A stretch of 64,000 nucleotides of DNA. Source: Octopus sinensis. Lineage: Eukaryota. Where the stretch lies: positions 124,001-188,000 of the forward strand of contig NW_021836146.1 of NCBI RefSeq assembly GCF_006345805.1, written 5' to 3'. Numbering within the stretch: the first letter of the stretch is position 1; the number at the start of each line of letters is the position of its first letter. Position numbers and translations under genes: made by a program. Below the pieces are notes generated by a model. That model worked only from the letters and a program-made list of their open reading frames with translations, did not search any database and was not told the origin of the DNA. Positions 26,180-39,520 of this stretch are shown here, in pieces.

Positions 26180-26320
26180 GAGGAGGAAATATTACCTTAC
26201 TGGAAACAAGTAATGGCTAGTAATGGGAAAAGTATACAGCTGTAGATAATCTGCCTCAACAAAATTCTGTCCAACCCATACAAGCAGAGAAATGTGGACG
26301 TTATGACAAGGATGATGATG
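26003..26320 (+). mobile_element. Diverged SINE with a family A-type head and an RTE-type tail
   Basis: Head ATGGCTGTGCAGTAAGAAG..TTTGGACAAGTGTCTTCCACTATAGC; tail TACAGCTGTAGA..TCCAACCCATACAAGC..GTGGACGTTA..GATGATGATG. Confidence 0.75.
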
Positions 26321-26666
26321 TGCACAGAAGTAACTATACACATATACAAACACTTCCAGCGACAATTATATTTTCATGTTGTAGTGGAAATGGTACTCCC
26401 CTTCCCACATGACAAAGTAGTAATGGGCCAGCCACTATAAAGTCAGACAGTCAATTGTTGTAGCAAGGTCAGTAGTAGTAGAGTGTATGAGTTCAGTTTG
26501 AGTCAGTGTCAGTTACATGATATATACGAGTTCAAGTCACCATCAAGGTAGACATTTCAAAGTCATTGTCTTGTGGAGATATCAGCAATAGCATGGATAG
26601 ACAAGTCAAAGATAATAAGAAGCAAAATACCACTACAACATAATTGTGGTAACAAGAATAGTACAG

Positions 26667-26895
26667 GCAGCGAGCTGGCAGAAACGTTAGTACACCGGGC
26701 GAAATGCTTAGCAGTATTTCGTCTGTCTTTACGTTCTGAGTTCAAATTCTGCCGAGGTCGACTTTGCCTTTCATCCTTTCAGGGTCGATAAATTAAGTAC
26801 CAGTTATGCACTGGGGTCGATGTAATCGACTTAATCCCTTTGTCTGTCCTTGTTTGTCCCCTCTATGTTTAGCCCCTTGTGGGCAATAAAGAAAT
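26667..26895 (+). mobile_element. Young full-length SINE family B with a 13-bp TSD
   Basis: AAGAATAGTACAG is duplicated at 26654-26666 and 26896-26908. CpG-rich body; B-box-like GAGTTCAAATTC; tail AATAAAGAAAT. Confidence 0.95.
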
Positions 26896-27144
26896 AAGAA
26901 TAGTACAGTGCTGACAATAAAATACAAGTAGATGAGGATCTCACATTATAACATTTTGCCTGTTTAAGGGCAGTAGCAGGTGGATCTTAAATATAATATC
27001 TAAGTCATCTCAACTGTTTGGATAATCTGCTCTGAATCATAATACAAGACTACTATTTTGCCTTCTCTAGGAAAAAAGAACTCCATGTTCGACACTACAA
27101 TTTAACAAATCATTTTTTAACAATGCAATATTTCTCTTTCATGT

Positions 27145-27315
27145 GACTTCGACTGTCTTTAAATTCTGAGTTCAAATTCTGCTGAGGTCGACTTTGCCTT
27201 TCATCCTTCCCGGGTCGATAAACTAAGTACCAGTTGCATACTGGGATTGATCTAATTGACTGGTCCCCCACCTACTCCAAAATTTCGGGCCTTATGCCTA
27301 GAGTAGAAAAGAATA
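27145..27315 (+). mobile_element. 5'-truncated SINE family B copy
   Basis: GAGTTCAAATTCTGCTGAGGTCGACTTTGCCTTTCATCCTTCCCGGGTCGATAAA. Confidence 0.85.
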
Positions 27316-27825
27316 TATTCCATGTGACACTACATAGATAGGACCAAAGCATGTTTCTGTCATGGCAATAAATATAACACCAGAGACGAAATTGATGGGA
27401 TATGAATGTCAACATTTCAAACAGTAACTAGCTGTGAATCTGCTTTCTCTTCCTTCTCTTATCACAACAGTTCCTGCAAGATTTCTTCAACAATCTTGTT
27501 TGATGATATCACTGTTTGTAAGTTAGAAGAAGGAATTATCAGCATGCTCAGTATTAACAATAACATATGGAAGATATCCAGCTGTAATGCCCAATGGCAC
27601 AATAAATATTCAACATATATATACGTCTGTGTATGTATGTGCATGCAAACACATGCATAGTAACAAAGACATCAATATAGATATAACTACAACAATAACC
27701 AACATCTATCAGTTCTCCTTAATGGTCAATTCTACAATTTCAATATTTAAAGCTTATCATAGTTGTGCATCAGTTGAGGACTAGCTATCAGTGCAAACAG
27801 CAAGATCTGGCGAAACATTTAACCA

Positions 27826-28233
27826 CTCTCTTTACTCTTTTACTCTTTTACTTGTTTCAGTCATTTGACTGCGGCCATGCTGGAGCACCGCCTTTTAGTC
27901 GAGCAAATTGACCCCGGGACTTATTCTTTGTAAGCCCAGTACTTATTCTATCGGTCTCTTTTGCTGAACCGCTAAGTGACGGGGACGTAAACACACCAGC
28001 ATCGGTTGTCAAGCAATGCTAGGGGGACAAACACAGACACACAAACACATACACACACACACACATATATATATATATACATATATACGACAGGCTTCTT
28101 TCAGTTTCCGTCTACCAAATCTACTCACAAGGCATTGGTCAGCCCGGGGCTATAGCAGAAGACACTTGTCCAAGATGCCACACAGTGGGACTGAACCCGG
28201 AACCATGTGTTTGGCTAGCAAGCTACTTACCAC
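27826..28233 (-). mobile_element. Young SINE family A copy
   Basis: Reverse complement of the 21409-type element, including the (TTTACTC)n tail. Confidence 0.95.
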
Positions 28234-29889
28234 TGAGTTGAAATTATAAACAAAGCTAATTTTAGTGAATGAACACCTTGCATTGTAATACATGTAGTTG
28301 TTTCTCAGCAATGTCATATATCATAAGCAAGTGTATATTCGGTTAACAAATTACTGTCAGTAATTATAGCTTCTCTGTTTCCTTCACCACTTGTCTGCAC
28401 ACTTTCTCTTATCTTTTAGGTTACCTATCAAACTTTATGTAATTTCATATTATGAAATTACATAAAAATGAAAAGTGTCCTTGGATAATTTGATTTAGTC
28501 TACTCAAAATATTATTCTTATGAAGTCAAATAATTGTTCTAAATATAAAGAAGGAATATGAAGTCAAATTTATGACAGAAAGTTATGATGCCACAACTTC
28601 ATTTGAAATATGAATGAGAATATAAAAATATGAATTACAGGAATTACAGTAATAAAGGTTAGAATATTGGCTCATTTATTATAAAAGACAGTCTAGGTTA
28701 ATGAAAATATAATAACAGCTATATAACAAATATACAAGGTATCAAAAACAATGTAAATATGGTTTTAAATATTCCATTTCTGATCAGAATTGTTCCAATA
28801 TGGAATGTTTAAACTTCTGATTTCAATGTAGGACTTCAAAATATTGATCAATAGCATTCTATGATCTAAACCACTACCCATGTACACAATTAGTAATCAA
28901 TGTAAAGATGGTATGTTATCTTCTCTATGCTATATTGTTTCTGCTGTGAAAACACTGATAAAATACACTTTCCCTTCTCTGCACATCATATTACATTATT
29001 TATATCAATGACATTCATTGTCTACAAAATCATGATCAATAGCTAAAACCATAACAGCCTCTCCATTCAAAAGTTCTATCAATATTTCTGACAGATCACT
29101 ACTGAACTAGGCTCTAAATAAAAACTGTCTCACTAGAAGGTGATGTCACAGCAATTGGACTGAACAGTAAACAGTCTCGAGTTCAAATAAAATGCCAGAA
29201 TATCAAGATCATGAAAAGCAGTTTAATATATTGAATTGATTTAAATATAATCATTTATGAGGTTTACCTTATTTTCATTTGATTTTGATTTTCTGTTTCT
29301 CTAAACTATAATATTTGGATATTTTGTTATTCAATTATAGCTAGCATGATAATAATGAAAGATGGCTTCAATAATTGGATATTTCAGGCACAGTCAAATG
29401 GTTAAAAAGTTTGCAATATAACAATGTGGCCCAAGATTTAATTCCTATGCAAGGCACCACTAGTAGTTGTCTTTAACTAAAGAGGTGGGTTGAACAATGC
29501 CTTGTAATTTCAATTGGAGGAGAATATAGCTGATTATATTGATTAAGATACTTGATTATGCATTGTATCAACCTTGCATGGTTGAAAGGCAAAGTTGAAC
29601 TAGACAGGATTTAAACACAATACCAAATATTGATAAAATTTCTTTGAAGTATAATATACACATCTTTAACATAGAAACACTTTCTGCCCATACTAACCTT
29701 GCTATATGTAAAGGGAAAGTTTACGAAAATAAACAAAAGACAAAGGCAAGTGGAGTACAAACAAACAAATGTATTAGTATAGGGCTCAGGAATAGAAAAA
29801 GTCTTTTACGTTTTGAGCTTACGCTATTCGGCAGAAAGATACACAGAAAAAAACAAGGAGAGAAAAAAAATGTGTGTAGTATGTATGTA

Positions 29890-30180
29890 CATCATCATCA
29901 TCATCATCGTTTAACGTCCGTTCTCCATGCTAGCATGGGTTGGACGGTTCGACCGGGGATCTGGGAAGCCAGAAGGCTGCACCAGGCTCCAGTCTTATCT
30001 GCCAATGTTTCTACAGCTGGATGCCCTTCCTAACGCCAACCACTCCGTGAGTGTAGTGGGTGCTTTTTACGTGCCACCTGCACAGGTGCCAGGAGAGGCT
30101 GGCAACGGCCACGGTCGGATTGGTGTATTTTATGTGCCACCGGCATGGAAGCCAGTCGAGGCGGTGCTGGCATCGGCCAT
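29890..30180 (-). mobile_element. RTE LINE 3' UTR fragment, 5'-truncated, (GAT)n tail, about 2 minisatellite units
   Basis: Same sequence as the 3' end of the RT-bearing copy at 54520-55012 (GGAAGGGCATCCAGC..GGACGTTAAACGATGATG). Confidence 0.88.
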
Positions 30181-32799
30181 ACTTAGATATAAAATTTTTT
30201 ATTTAAAACATACTGAAAAAAATTTTTTACTTAAAACATTCAGAAAAATCTTCAGAAATATTACAGAAATAAAGAAAATGAAGTTTTAAAGATTAAAAGC
30301 TTTTGGTCACCAACAATTAAAAAAAGGTGAAAAAGAATGATAAATAGCAAGACAGGCAGTGCAATTCACACAAGGAAGCAAATTCTCTCAAAGTTGTTAT
30401 ATAGACACTAATTTTTAATTAATGTGTCTGTGCCTAAAGTGTGGATTTTAACAAGAAATAATTTGATAAAAGAACTAAATATTGAGAAAAGACAGCTGAA
30501 CTAGAGGAAATACTTGGCTATTTACAAGAAAAATATTTTAAATGTGGTGTTTGTATTCTGATAAGATGGATTGAATTTCAAGTCAAAATATATTTGACAG
30601 CTTTGTAATTCTATCAATTGCAAATTACTAAGTTCTGACATAAACATTTTCATTTTAAACAAACTTTTTGTTTGATATATTATTTGAAATTGAAATTTTA
30701 CGAAGATTTAGAGTCAGTAATTTTAACTTGTTCTTTAGGTGATTTTCTTTTTTTTTTTTCATGTATTTTTTTCTTGTTAACGGATGACTCATAAAAACCA
30801 TACTTCGATTTTAAGAACATGTTCTATGCAATTTAATAAATATAAACCTCAACAAAAGTATCGTCTGAAGAAAATTAATTTTTTATATATCCAAATGTAT
30901 CAATCAGCTTATACTTTTTAAAGTAAAAGAGATGAAAAGCTGCAAATAACACTAATAGGGTTATGAAATGTTAAATAAATTTAAGAATTAATAGGTTGGT
31001 TTGAACTCGAATTCATAGTAAATGAAAAATTTGTAACACATTCATTTAACACTTTCATCACAGAATTCCTGTTAAAATACACAGCCTTTGTTTTAATTAA
31101 TTTTGGTAATAATGAAGAATTTAGTAAAATAACTTTATCATTATTAAACTCTAATTTGGATCATAGATTCATATCAAATTTTTATGGAAGGTTTTAATTT
31201 AATTTACTTCAAAATAGGAAGTTTGTATCATAGATCCATGGGCAGTCTTGAGCAGTTTGGTATCAAAAGCATTATATGTTGTTCACCGAAACATTTAAGA
31301 ACAAGCCAGCATCTGCTGTGCAATAGAATTATTCTGTTAAGCACCCAAGTACCATCTATGAGCAACAGCCAGAAAGCTTTGTATTTTTACTTCTTTATTC
31401 AGAATGGAGTTTCACTTTTCTGTGTAGTATTTTTGCATCCTTCACATATATCTTCTTAACTTTCTGATTGCACTCTATCCAGTATGCTTGTTGAATTTTC
31501 CCTGTTTTAAAGGAGGGAATAACACTATGTTTCCCCATTTCAAATTTTGTGGTCTATACAAAGCTTTGAACTTTAAATTCATGAATAATAAGAATGCTGT
31601 GTATTAAGTTGTACTGACAAGATATCAAAACATTAATTTACAGATGACAAAAAAGAAACAATACAAAACACTTAGCTTCCTTCAATTCAATTTGAACTTT
31701 CATTCTAAGCATTGCAATGAGGAAACAAATAAGATGATGGGGGGTAACCTTACCATAAATATATTAGGAAATAATAAACTTTAGCTTTATTTGAACTATC
31801 ACCCTATGTTTAAAATTGAAAGATGAATAATTACTTGCACTTCTCACCTCACTCTCACACACACACACACAAAAACCCAACTATTCTTCTAAACAGAAGG
31901 TAGCCGAAGAATGAAAATTACTTAGGATGCAAGAAATACTGGATCACACTTTTTCTAATGTTAATCATTTTGAAGTTGGATTGTTAATGGTCCCAGTTAA
32001 TGCTCAAATGAATGTACAAAAGGCTGAAAACAGGCGATAAAAATATATGGAAAGTAATACTGAGGTGCAACATTAATATTCTGAATTATATGTAAGCACT
32101 ACTGTAGCATCTATATATTGACTATAAAACTAGTTATAGTTGTTTCAAAAGAAAATAAACTGGAAAAATGTTTCAAAGAAAATTACATAAAATTATTTCC
32201 AAATGATTACATACAAAGACAGTCCAAATTAATTTTTCTTTTCTGTCTTCCTAAATCTATCAAGTAAAAATACCTCCTTACAGCGTAAATTATAAATAAA
32301 AAGGCTTTTTAAGTTATTAGTCAGAGTATTCAAAACAATATTTGCAAGTCAAGTGACTATTGTTCTGCTGTTTGAAATATAACACGTCTCAAGTGTTTAT
32401 CTTCTACTAAAACAGGATGTGTTTTGGGTACATTTAGCACTTACTTTTAGCAGGACAAGTAATTACAAAGGATATTATGCTCTTTGGATGTATTCTAATT
32501 CAATACATGCTTATGTTTATTTGAATGCTAAAAATTTATGGCAGAGAAGTTTTGAATATTATTTCTTTGAATGTCTAAATAAAGTACCCTTTTGCATGTT
32601 AAATTTACCCCTTGTCTATTGTAAGAAATATTTAATTCTTTCACTTATCAAGTACAAGGTATGTAATATGTAACATCATCTATTAGAGAGGGACCAAATT
32701 TACAAAATAAGTACATTTTCCTCCTGATCATCATGATTTTAACAGTTTTCTATGCTAATATAGGTTGGCTGGATCTTCAGATGATATTACTCATTATTT

Positions 32800-33145
32800 G
32801 TTTCAGCCATACTGGAGCATCACCTTTAGTCAAACAAATCAACTCTAGGACATTTTCTTTGTAAGCCTAGTACTTATACTATCAGTCTCTTTTGCAATCT
32901 ACTAGGTTACAGATATGTAAACACACCAGCATTGATTGTCAAGCGATGGGGTAGGGGGGACACAGACACACACACATACAATGTGCTTCTTTCAGTTTCC
33001 ATCTACCAAATCCACTAACAAGGATTCGGTCAGCCCAAGGCTATAGTAGGAGACACTTGCCCAAGGTGTCACACAGTGGGACTGAACCCTGAAACATGTG
33101 GTAGGTAAGCAAGCGACTTACCACACAACCACTCTTGCGCCTATG
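32800..33145 (-). mobile_element. SINE family A copy, diverged
   Basis: Reverse complement of the head (AGACACTTGCCCAAGG..GTGGGACTGAACCC..CCACACAACCACTC) and tail. Confidence 0.9.
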
Positions 33146-34204
33146 TAATATCATCACTTCTTTCAAATACTGTGGTATATATTTTATGCATTCAAAGATT
33201 TAATCTCACTACAATTTTCCATTTTTCACTAATCTTTCATGAATACTTTCCCCTATCAGTACATATCACATTACACATCTGTATGAACACCGTCTTCTGT
33301 TCACTTTACTCTGATCCCTGTTATATGCAATCAAAGTATCACAATTTCTTTCCTGCCTCCTCAAATCCTTACATTCAATGTCCATGTTTCACTACTATGT
33401 AGTACATTATGTATATAGTGACCATACAATTTATATGATAAAGTATCCCTTAAAATAGCCAAAGAATATTCCACCAATATATTACAAGTTTTAGCATAGA
33501 TTGTATCCTAATCCAAATAAGCATTCCTGGGCAGTCTGCTACTTTTCATTTTAATATTATTCAGGCTAGATATACAAATGAATAAATATTATATTGTTAG
33601 CAAAGAGAGGTCAATGATTTGAATAAAATCATTATTCTATAAAATTGAAAGTAAGAAGAATAAGACAAATAAGGAAAGTGTCTCTGAAAATTATCATTTT
33701 GGAAATGACTAAGGAAACCAGAACAATAATTATTCATTGATTAAGCCTATGTTCAACACTATTTTTTTCAAATTCTATTTACACGAGTTAAAAGTATAAA
33801 GATTAAAATTGTAATATTATGTTCTCATTTTTACATGCTACAGATATAAAATTTATTAAATAAAATATTGTTGAAGCTCTTTTACAACAATAACATGAAG
33901 CAATTCCCATTTCAGTGTTACAGATGCTGTCTTTAAACAATGAAATTTAATTCAGGCCATGTACTTTTTTTTTAGAAGAAGAAGAAGAAAGAAGAAAAAA
34001 TAGCAAAGTTGTTTCTATTCACACACCAAGAAGTAGAGAGGAAAAGAAATACATTATGGAAAAGCATTCTAAAAATTCACCAAATATTGGCTTTGCCAAG
34101 CGATCAAATAGTGAAGTTATGTAGTTTCATAGAAATAAATTAATAGATATAGAGAAGAAAAAGAAAAAAAATGATTCCATTTCTTAAAAAGAAGTTACAC
34201 ATAC

Positions 34205-34328
<124 letters not shown>

Positions 34329-35560
34329 AAAGAAGAAAAGTAACAATTGAAATACAGAAATGTTATAGGAATAAAGAAACATTAAGTTGTCTACTTTCTG
34401 TCAACAACCACTTAACGATGAAACAGGGTAACTACATGTCAAAACTACTAGATATAAATCCTTTTAATAGAAATAATCTTTTGCTAAGATTCTTCAAACC
34501 TTTCTATTCCAGCCCTTAAATATATTGAAAAGGAGAGAAAAGACAGATGCAGTAAAGATGAATACAAATGTACAAAATAAGAAGTTATATGACTTATGGA
34601 AAGGAGACAAGTGTTAGATAAGTAATAGTTTGTTTTGTTGTTATTGATGCTATTACTGACATTGTCTTTAACCATCATCATCATCATCAATATTATCCCT
34701 TCATAGACATTGTTATCTTATGTATTTAACATCAACTAATTTCAGCATGAGCGAGATTACAAGGAATGCAATTTTCATTAAAAACATTCAGAAATATTTC
34801 CATTGTTAGTTGAAATAAATGTTGTCATGTCAATTTTTAAGATGTCTGATAAGAACACGGAAAAGAAACTTCTATAAAACTATGCTTCTTTATAGTCCAT
34901 TTGAGTACATATGGAAACAGACTTGTCACAACTTAAATCTTAAAAGATTGGTACTTAGTTATATACAAGATGTGGTGGGTCGTTTTCTTTTCTTTATGTA
35001 TAAAGTATTTTGCTTGCAACTCCACCAATCTTCATATTTATTTTTATGAGGTATGCAGTTAGCATTAATATTTATGTAACTAAAGTATATATGAAGAAAC
35101 AAAGCATTTTTATAGAGACTCTGTTATACCATACAATTTTCAATAATAAGGCAGTTCAACACCTTAGAAGCTATTTGAGCATGGCTACTCATCAAAGGAA
35201 ATGAGAAGACAGTCAACTAAAGTTTGAGAGCAACACAGGGATTCAATGAACTATGGCCAGTTCTGACTTTGGCCTAAGAGATTGGTTATGTAGGATTTTA
35301 AGTTATAAATAAAATAGACCATTTACTAAGTTACCTGTCTGTTTAGGAGGAAATTGAAATGCAGCAAATATTGGCCACTGAGGTAGTTTTAGAGTAAACT
35401 CTCACATACACTTAAATGTATCTCAAGGCTAGAGACGCAATTAAGTGGCACATTGTGATTTCAAATCAAGGACAATAAAAAAAAAACCCTTTAACATATA
35501 CACTTATTGTCCTTGATTTGAAATCACAATATGCTACTTGTCATCTTATCTCTTCAACTC

Positions 35561-36062
35561 TTTTGGCCTCAAACATACAATACATAGTTACATAACAATC
35601 TCAGGAAAACCAACTCTGCCATTATTAACATACATTTACTACTAAAAACATTTGTCTAGTTATCATGAAACTTAATATTCTGTCATTTTAATATCCAACA
35701 AAGAAACAGGAACTCTAGAAAAAACATCATAGTGCTGAAAACTTCCGGGCTTTGAGTAAAATAAAGTAGAGGAGGATCACTTAATTATGATTTGATTCAA
35801 CCTATTTTCCTTTTTGGCCTCAAACACACGATACTTAGTTACATAACAATCTCAGGAAAACCAACTCTGCCATTATTAAGATACATTTACTACTAAAAAA
35901 CATTTGTCTAGTTATCATGAAACTTAATATTCTGTCATTTTAATATCCAACAAAGAAACAGAAACTCTAGAAAAAACAGCATAGTGCTGAAAACTTCCGG
36001 GCTTTGAGTAAAAGAAAGTACAAGAGGAACACTTAATTATGATTTTATTCAACCTATTTTCC
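35561..36062. repeat. Head-to-tail tandem duplication of ~250 bp
   Basis: 35561-35810 and 35812-36062 both begin TTTTGGCCTCAAACA and end CAACCTATTTTCC, with only scattered substitutions. Confidence 0.95.
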
Positions 36063-37466
36063 TCTTAGATTCACACACTTATAGCATCAGTCCTTCAGTT
36101 TTCCTTAGGTACACTGAAGAACCATTGCAATAAATAAAAGAACTCAGAAGGTTGGGCCTCCAACCAGGCCTTGTACTTGACCCTTAAATCCAGGAACTTC
36201 TCAGCAACCCCTTGTACAGTCCAGTTTATATGAAATGCAGCAAGAACAAAACTAAATCTTGGTCACTATTTAATCTTCTTGATATACTACAATAAGTTTT
36301 AATAGTTTTCCACCAAAATCACTTGTAATTAATAGGAGCATTTCAGAAGCCATGGGTGGCATATTGGAATATGGAAAACTGCTAATTCTAGAGCAATGAG
36401 GATGGTAATTGAGGTATTTCACAACTGCTATTCTCTCTGGAAAACCAATAATTTTAGTACGTTAATGTGATTTTAACCTTCATACTATTAGAACCCATGG
36501 TTAATCTCTCAAAGATGTTCATGGATGATATCAACACTGTTGCATCAAGTACAGAGAGACTAGTTTAACAGAATTTTATTCCTCACATAAGTTGTAGTAT
36601 GAAAATATTTTGCCATATAACTGAACATTTCAAGGGCAAGAATATCTATGTATTTCTATAATATATGCATTCACTGTGAAATCAAAGTTTTCATTTAATT
36701 TTTTAATAACTCTGTATTCATTTATGCTTAAATCCCAGAATGAAATACTTTTCGAGCATAAAATATGCACTAGAAGCAGAAATTTCTCTACCAAACTTTC
36801 ATCAGAAGTAGCAAACTATCCTGTAAGTATTGGAAAAGTTATGCACCAAAATAATATTCTTAGAAAATTAGTATTGGTGCTATTGCTATACTTAGTCCTT
36901 ATGTTTTACAAGAATATGTTGAATATCTCGTATCATTGATAGGTTTATGAAAACTTAAAATCAATCAGGCAAGTTCACATTGTAAGTACTACAAATGACG
37001 TTATATATTCTATTTTGATTTTTTTTTTAAATCACTAAAATTTCACTTTCTCAGTGACAACATGAAATTTACTTGTTTAAAACTATAAATCCTGCTTTTT
37101 ATTCTGTAAGCTAAGGGAAGTAAATTTAACTCTAAAACACAACACTGACAGAAAAATAGGGGTATTTAACCTTAAGGATTAAGAATTTTAAAAATTAAAT
37201 TAAGTTGCAGAAACAAACACAAAATTGAGTTGGTCAAAGTGAAACAAATTGTTTTACGATATTCATAGTGTTACATAGCAGTCATGTGCTACACAGATGA
37301 AGCCTGTGCAGAAACTTATATAACCATTATCTAAATGCAAATTCAAGTCTTAGAATGGTAACCAGCATGAGAGAAGTATGAATTTAATGTGAAGTTTGCA
37401 AGTTATAATTTCTTCCTAAAAATACAAAACATAACTATTCATTTAAGCAAAATGAAAAATACTCAC

Positions 37467-37513
37467 GTCACTGTAGAAGTCAAATTTGATGAAATATAAG
37501 AAAGAATATTTAC
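37467..37513 (-). CDS. Candidate small coding exon (GKYSFLYFIKFDFYSD or VNILSYISSNLTSTV)
   Basis: Strong acceptor CTTTTTTTCTCTCTGCAG and donor GAC|GTGAGT; 47 nt; two frames are open. Confidence 0.45.
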
Positions 37514-37551
37514 CTGCAGAGAGAAAAAAAAAGAATATTGATAGATTTCCA

Positions 37552-37583
<32 letters not shown>

Positions 37584-37609
37584 TAATAATTATAATAATA
37601 ATAGTTTTA

Positions 37610-38250
37610 TATTTTGCCACAAGGGCAGCAATTTTGGAGAAAGGGGATGAGTCAATTACATCAACCCCAGTGTTCAACTGGTGCTTATTTTATCGCCCCC
37701 CCCCAAAAAAAAAGATGTAAACCAAAGTTGACATCAGTGGAATTTGAATGTAAGGACAGGTGAAATATGTATTTCTTTATTACCCACAAGGGGCTAAACA
37801 CAGAGGAGACAAACAAGGACAGACAGACGGGTTAAGTTGATTATATTGACCCCAGTGTGTAACTGGTACTTAATTTATCGACCCCCGAAAGAATGAAAGG
37901 CCAAGTCGACCTTGGCTGAATTTGAACTCAGAATGTAACGGCAGACGAAATACTGCCAAGCGTCCTAACGATTCTGCCAGGTCACCACCTCAATAATAAT
38001 AATAAAGAAGGAGGAGGAGGATGACAACAACAATAAGAATAATAAAAATTCTAATTTTGGCACAAGGCTAACAACCCCACTACACACACACACCATGTTC
38101 AACTAATATATATTTTATCAACTCCAAAGGGTTGAAAAACAAAGTTGACCTCAGTTGGATTTGAACCCTGAATAAAATGTTGCTAATCATTTTCGTCAAC
38201 TCTCAAACAATTCTGTTTGCTCAGTACCTTCATAGTATTATTATCATCAT
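37610..38250 (-). mobile_element. Cluster of three SINE family B copies or fragments in (AAT)n microsatellites
   Basis: Reverse-complement B cores at ~37640-37755, 37760-37990 (with the AATAAAGAAATA tail) and ~38040-38230, separated and flanked by AAT/ATT repeats. Confidence 0.85.
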
Positions 38251-38334
38251 CATTATTATTATCATTATTATTATTATTATTGTTGTTGTTGTCATCGTTA
38301 TTACTATTGATATTATTAAAAGTAATTATAATAA

Positions 38335-38915
38335 GCTGGAAATTATTAATTGGGCTCACAGCAGATGAATTCCTGCAAAGGAAGAATCTATTACCAGAAG
38401 ACCAAACTGGATATAGAAAGAATGTAAGAGGAACTACTAATCTGTTGTATATTAATAGCATGATATTAAGGGAGGTACAGATAAAAACTTTGCTGTTAGC
38501 TGGACAGACAAGAAAGCCTACAATAATATTCCATGTTATTGGCTTTTGGAGTGCCTGGGGACATTTGGGGCCAATGAGAAGATTAACAGGTTTTTTTAGA
38601 AAAAGCAATGAAATCATGGGAAGTGGAACTAATATGCAGAAATGAACCATCAGAAAATGTGAAATTCCTCAGGCTAAAAGTCCCAGGAGACTCATTCTCT
38701 CTATTACTTTTCATCAGATTTAATTCTTGTGGCAAGCATACTGAGAAAATCTAGGTTTGCCTATAAGTTTGTCAAAACCAGAGTGTGAATATATATCACT
38801 GATGACTTCAAATTATATATGGAAACTGTAAAAGACCTAGATTCTCTCTGAGCTAAACAGTAAAAATTAGGTTATTGGTATGAAGTTTGGGGTAAATAAG
38901 GATTTAATTTGCTAT
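38335..38915 (+). pseudogene. Decayed Dong/R4-like (RLE-type) LINE reverse transcriptase fragment
   Basis: NLLPEDQTGYRKNVRGTTNLLYINSMILRE (cf. LPEEQKGCRK..RGTKDQLLID..IL.E); shifted frame WTDKKAYNNIPCYWLLECLGTFGANEKI; PGDSFSLLLF (cf. QGDSLSPLLF); DDFKLY; GMKFG. Confidence 0.85.
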
Positions 38916-39183
38916 CACTACATAAACAATTCAAACTCAAATGAAACTGATCTCAAATTTTCACTTCCAGAACAGGTAATATAAACAAAACAAGAGTTAG
39001 GATACAAGACACATATCACTTATCTAAGAATAAATTTGTTATTCAAAATATATGGATATCTCTTCCAGTTATACAAAATACATCCTTTGTTAAAATATTT
39101 CTAATAATGGGCATCTACCAATAAACATTTTCCTTTAGATTTTTTCTTTCCATTACAAGAAACTGTACCTTTATCCCGTTACT

Positions 39184-39520
39184 ATCATCATCATCATCAT
39201 CATCATCATCATTGTTTAATGTCCGTTCTCCATGCTAGCATGGGTTGGACGGTTCGACCGGGGATCTGGGAAGCCAGAAGGCTGCACCAGTCTCCGGTCT
39301 TATCTGGCAATGTTTCTACAGCTGGATGTTCTTCCTAATGCCAACCACTCCATGAGTGTAGTGGGTGCTTTTTACGTGCCACCTGCACTGGTGCCAGGCG
39401 AGGCTGGCATCGGCCACAGTCGGATTGGTGCATTTTACGTGCCACCTGCACGGAAGCCAGTCGAGGCGGCACTGGCTTCGGCCACGATTCGGATGGTGCT
39501 TTTTACGTGCCACCGACACT
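39184..39520 (-). mobile_element. RTE LINE 3' UTR fragment with ~2.5 minisatellite units
   Basis: Near-identical to 29890-30180; (CAT)n at the left end. Confidence 0.88.

Noticed and set aside
27470-27516. Plus-strand exon-like segment with a good acceptor and GTAAGT donor (similar ones near 3665, 8237 and 16779)
   Set aside because: I could not chain these into a consistent plus-strand gene or recognise a protein; such signals occur by chance at this composition.
29801-29838. Hammerhead-like motif on the minus strand (CCGAATA-GC-GTAA-GC-TC-AAAAC) in a PLE-terminal-repeat-like segment
   Set aside because: The core deviates at several invariant positions (CUGANGA and GAAA) and stems I and III cannot be built. 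At best it is a dead remnant; a family consensus would be needed.
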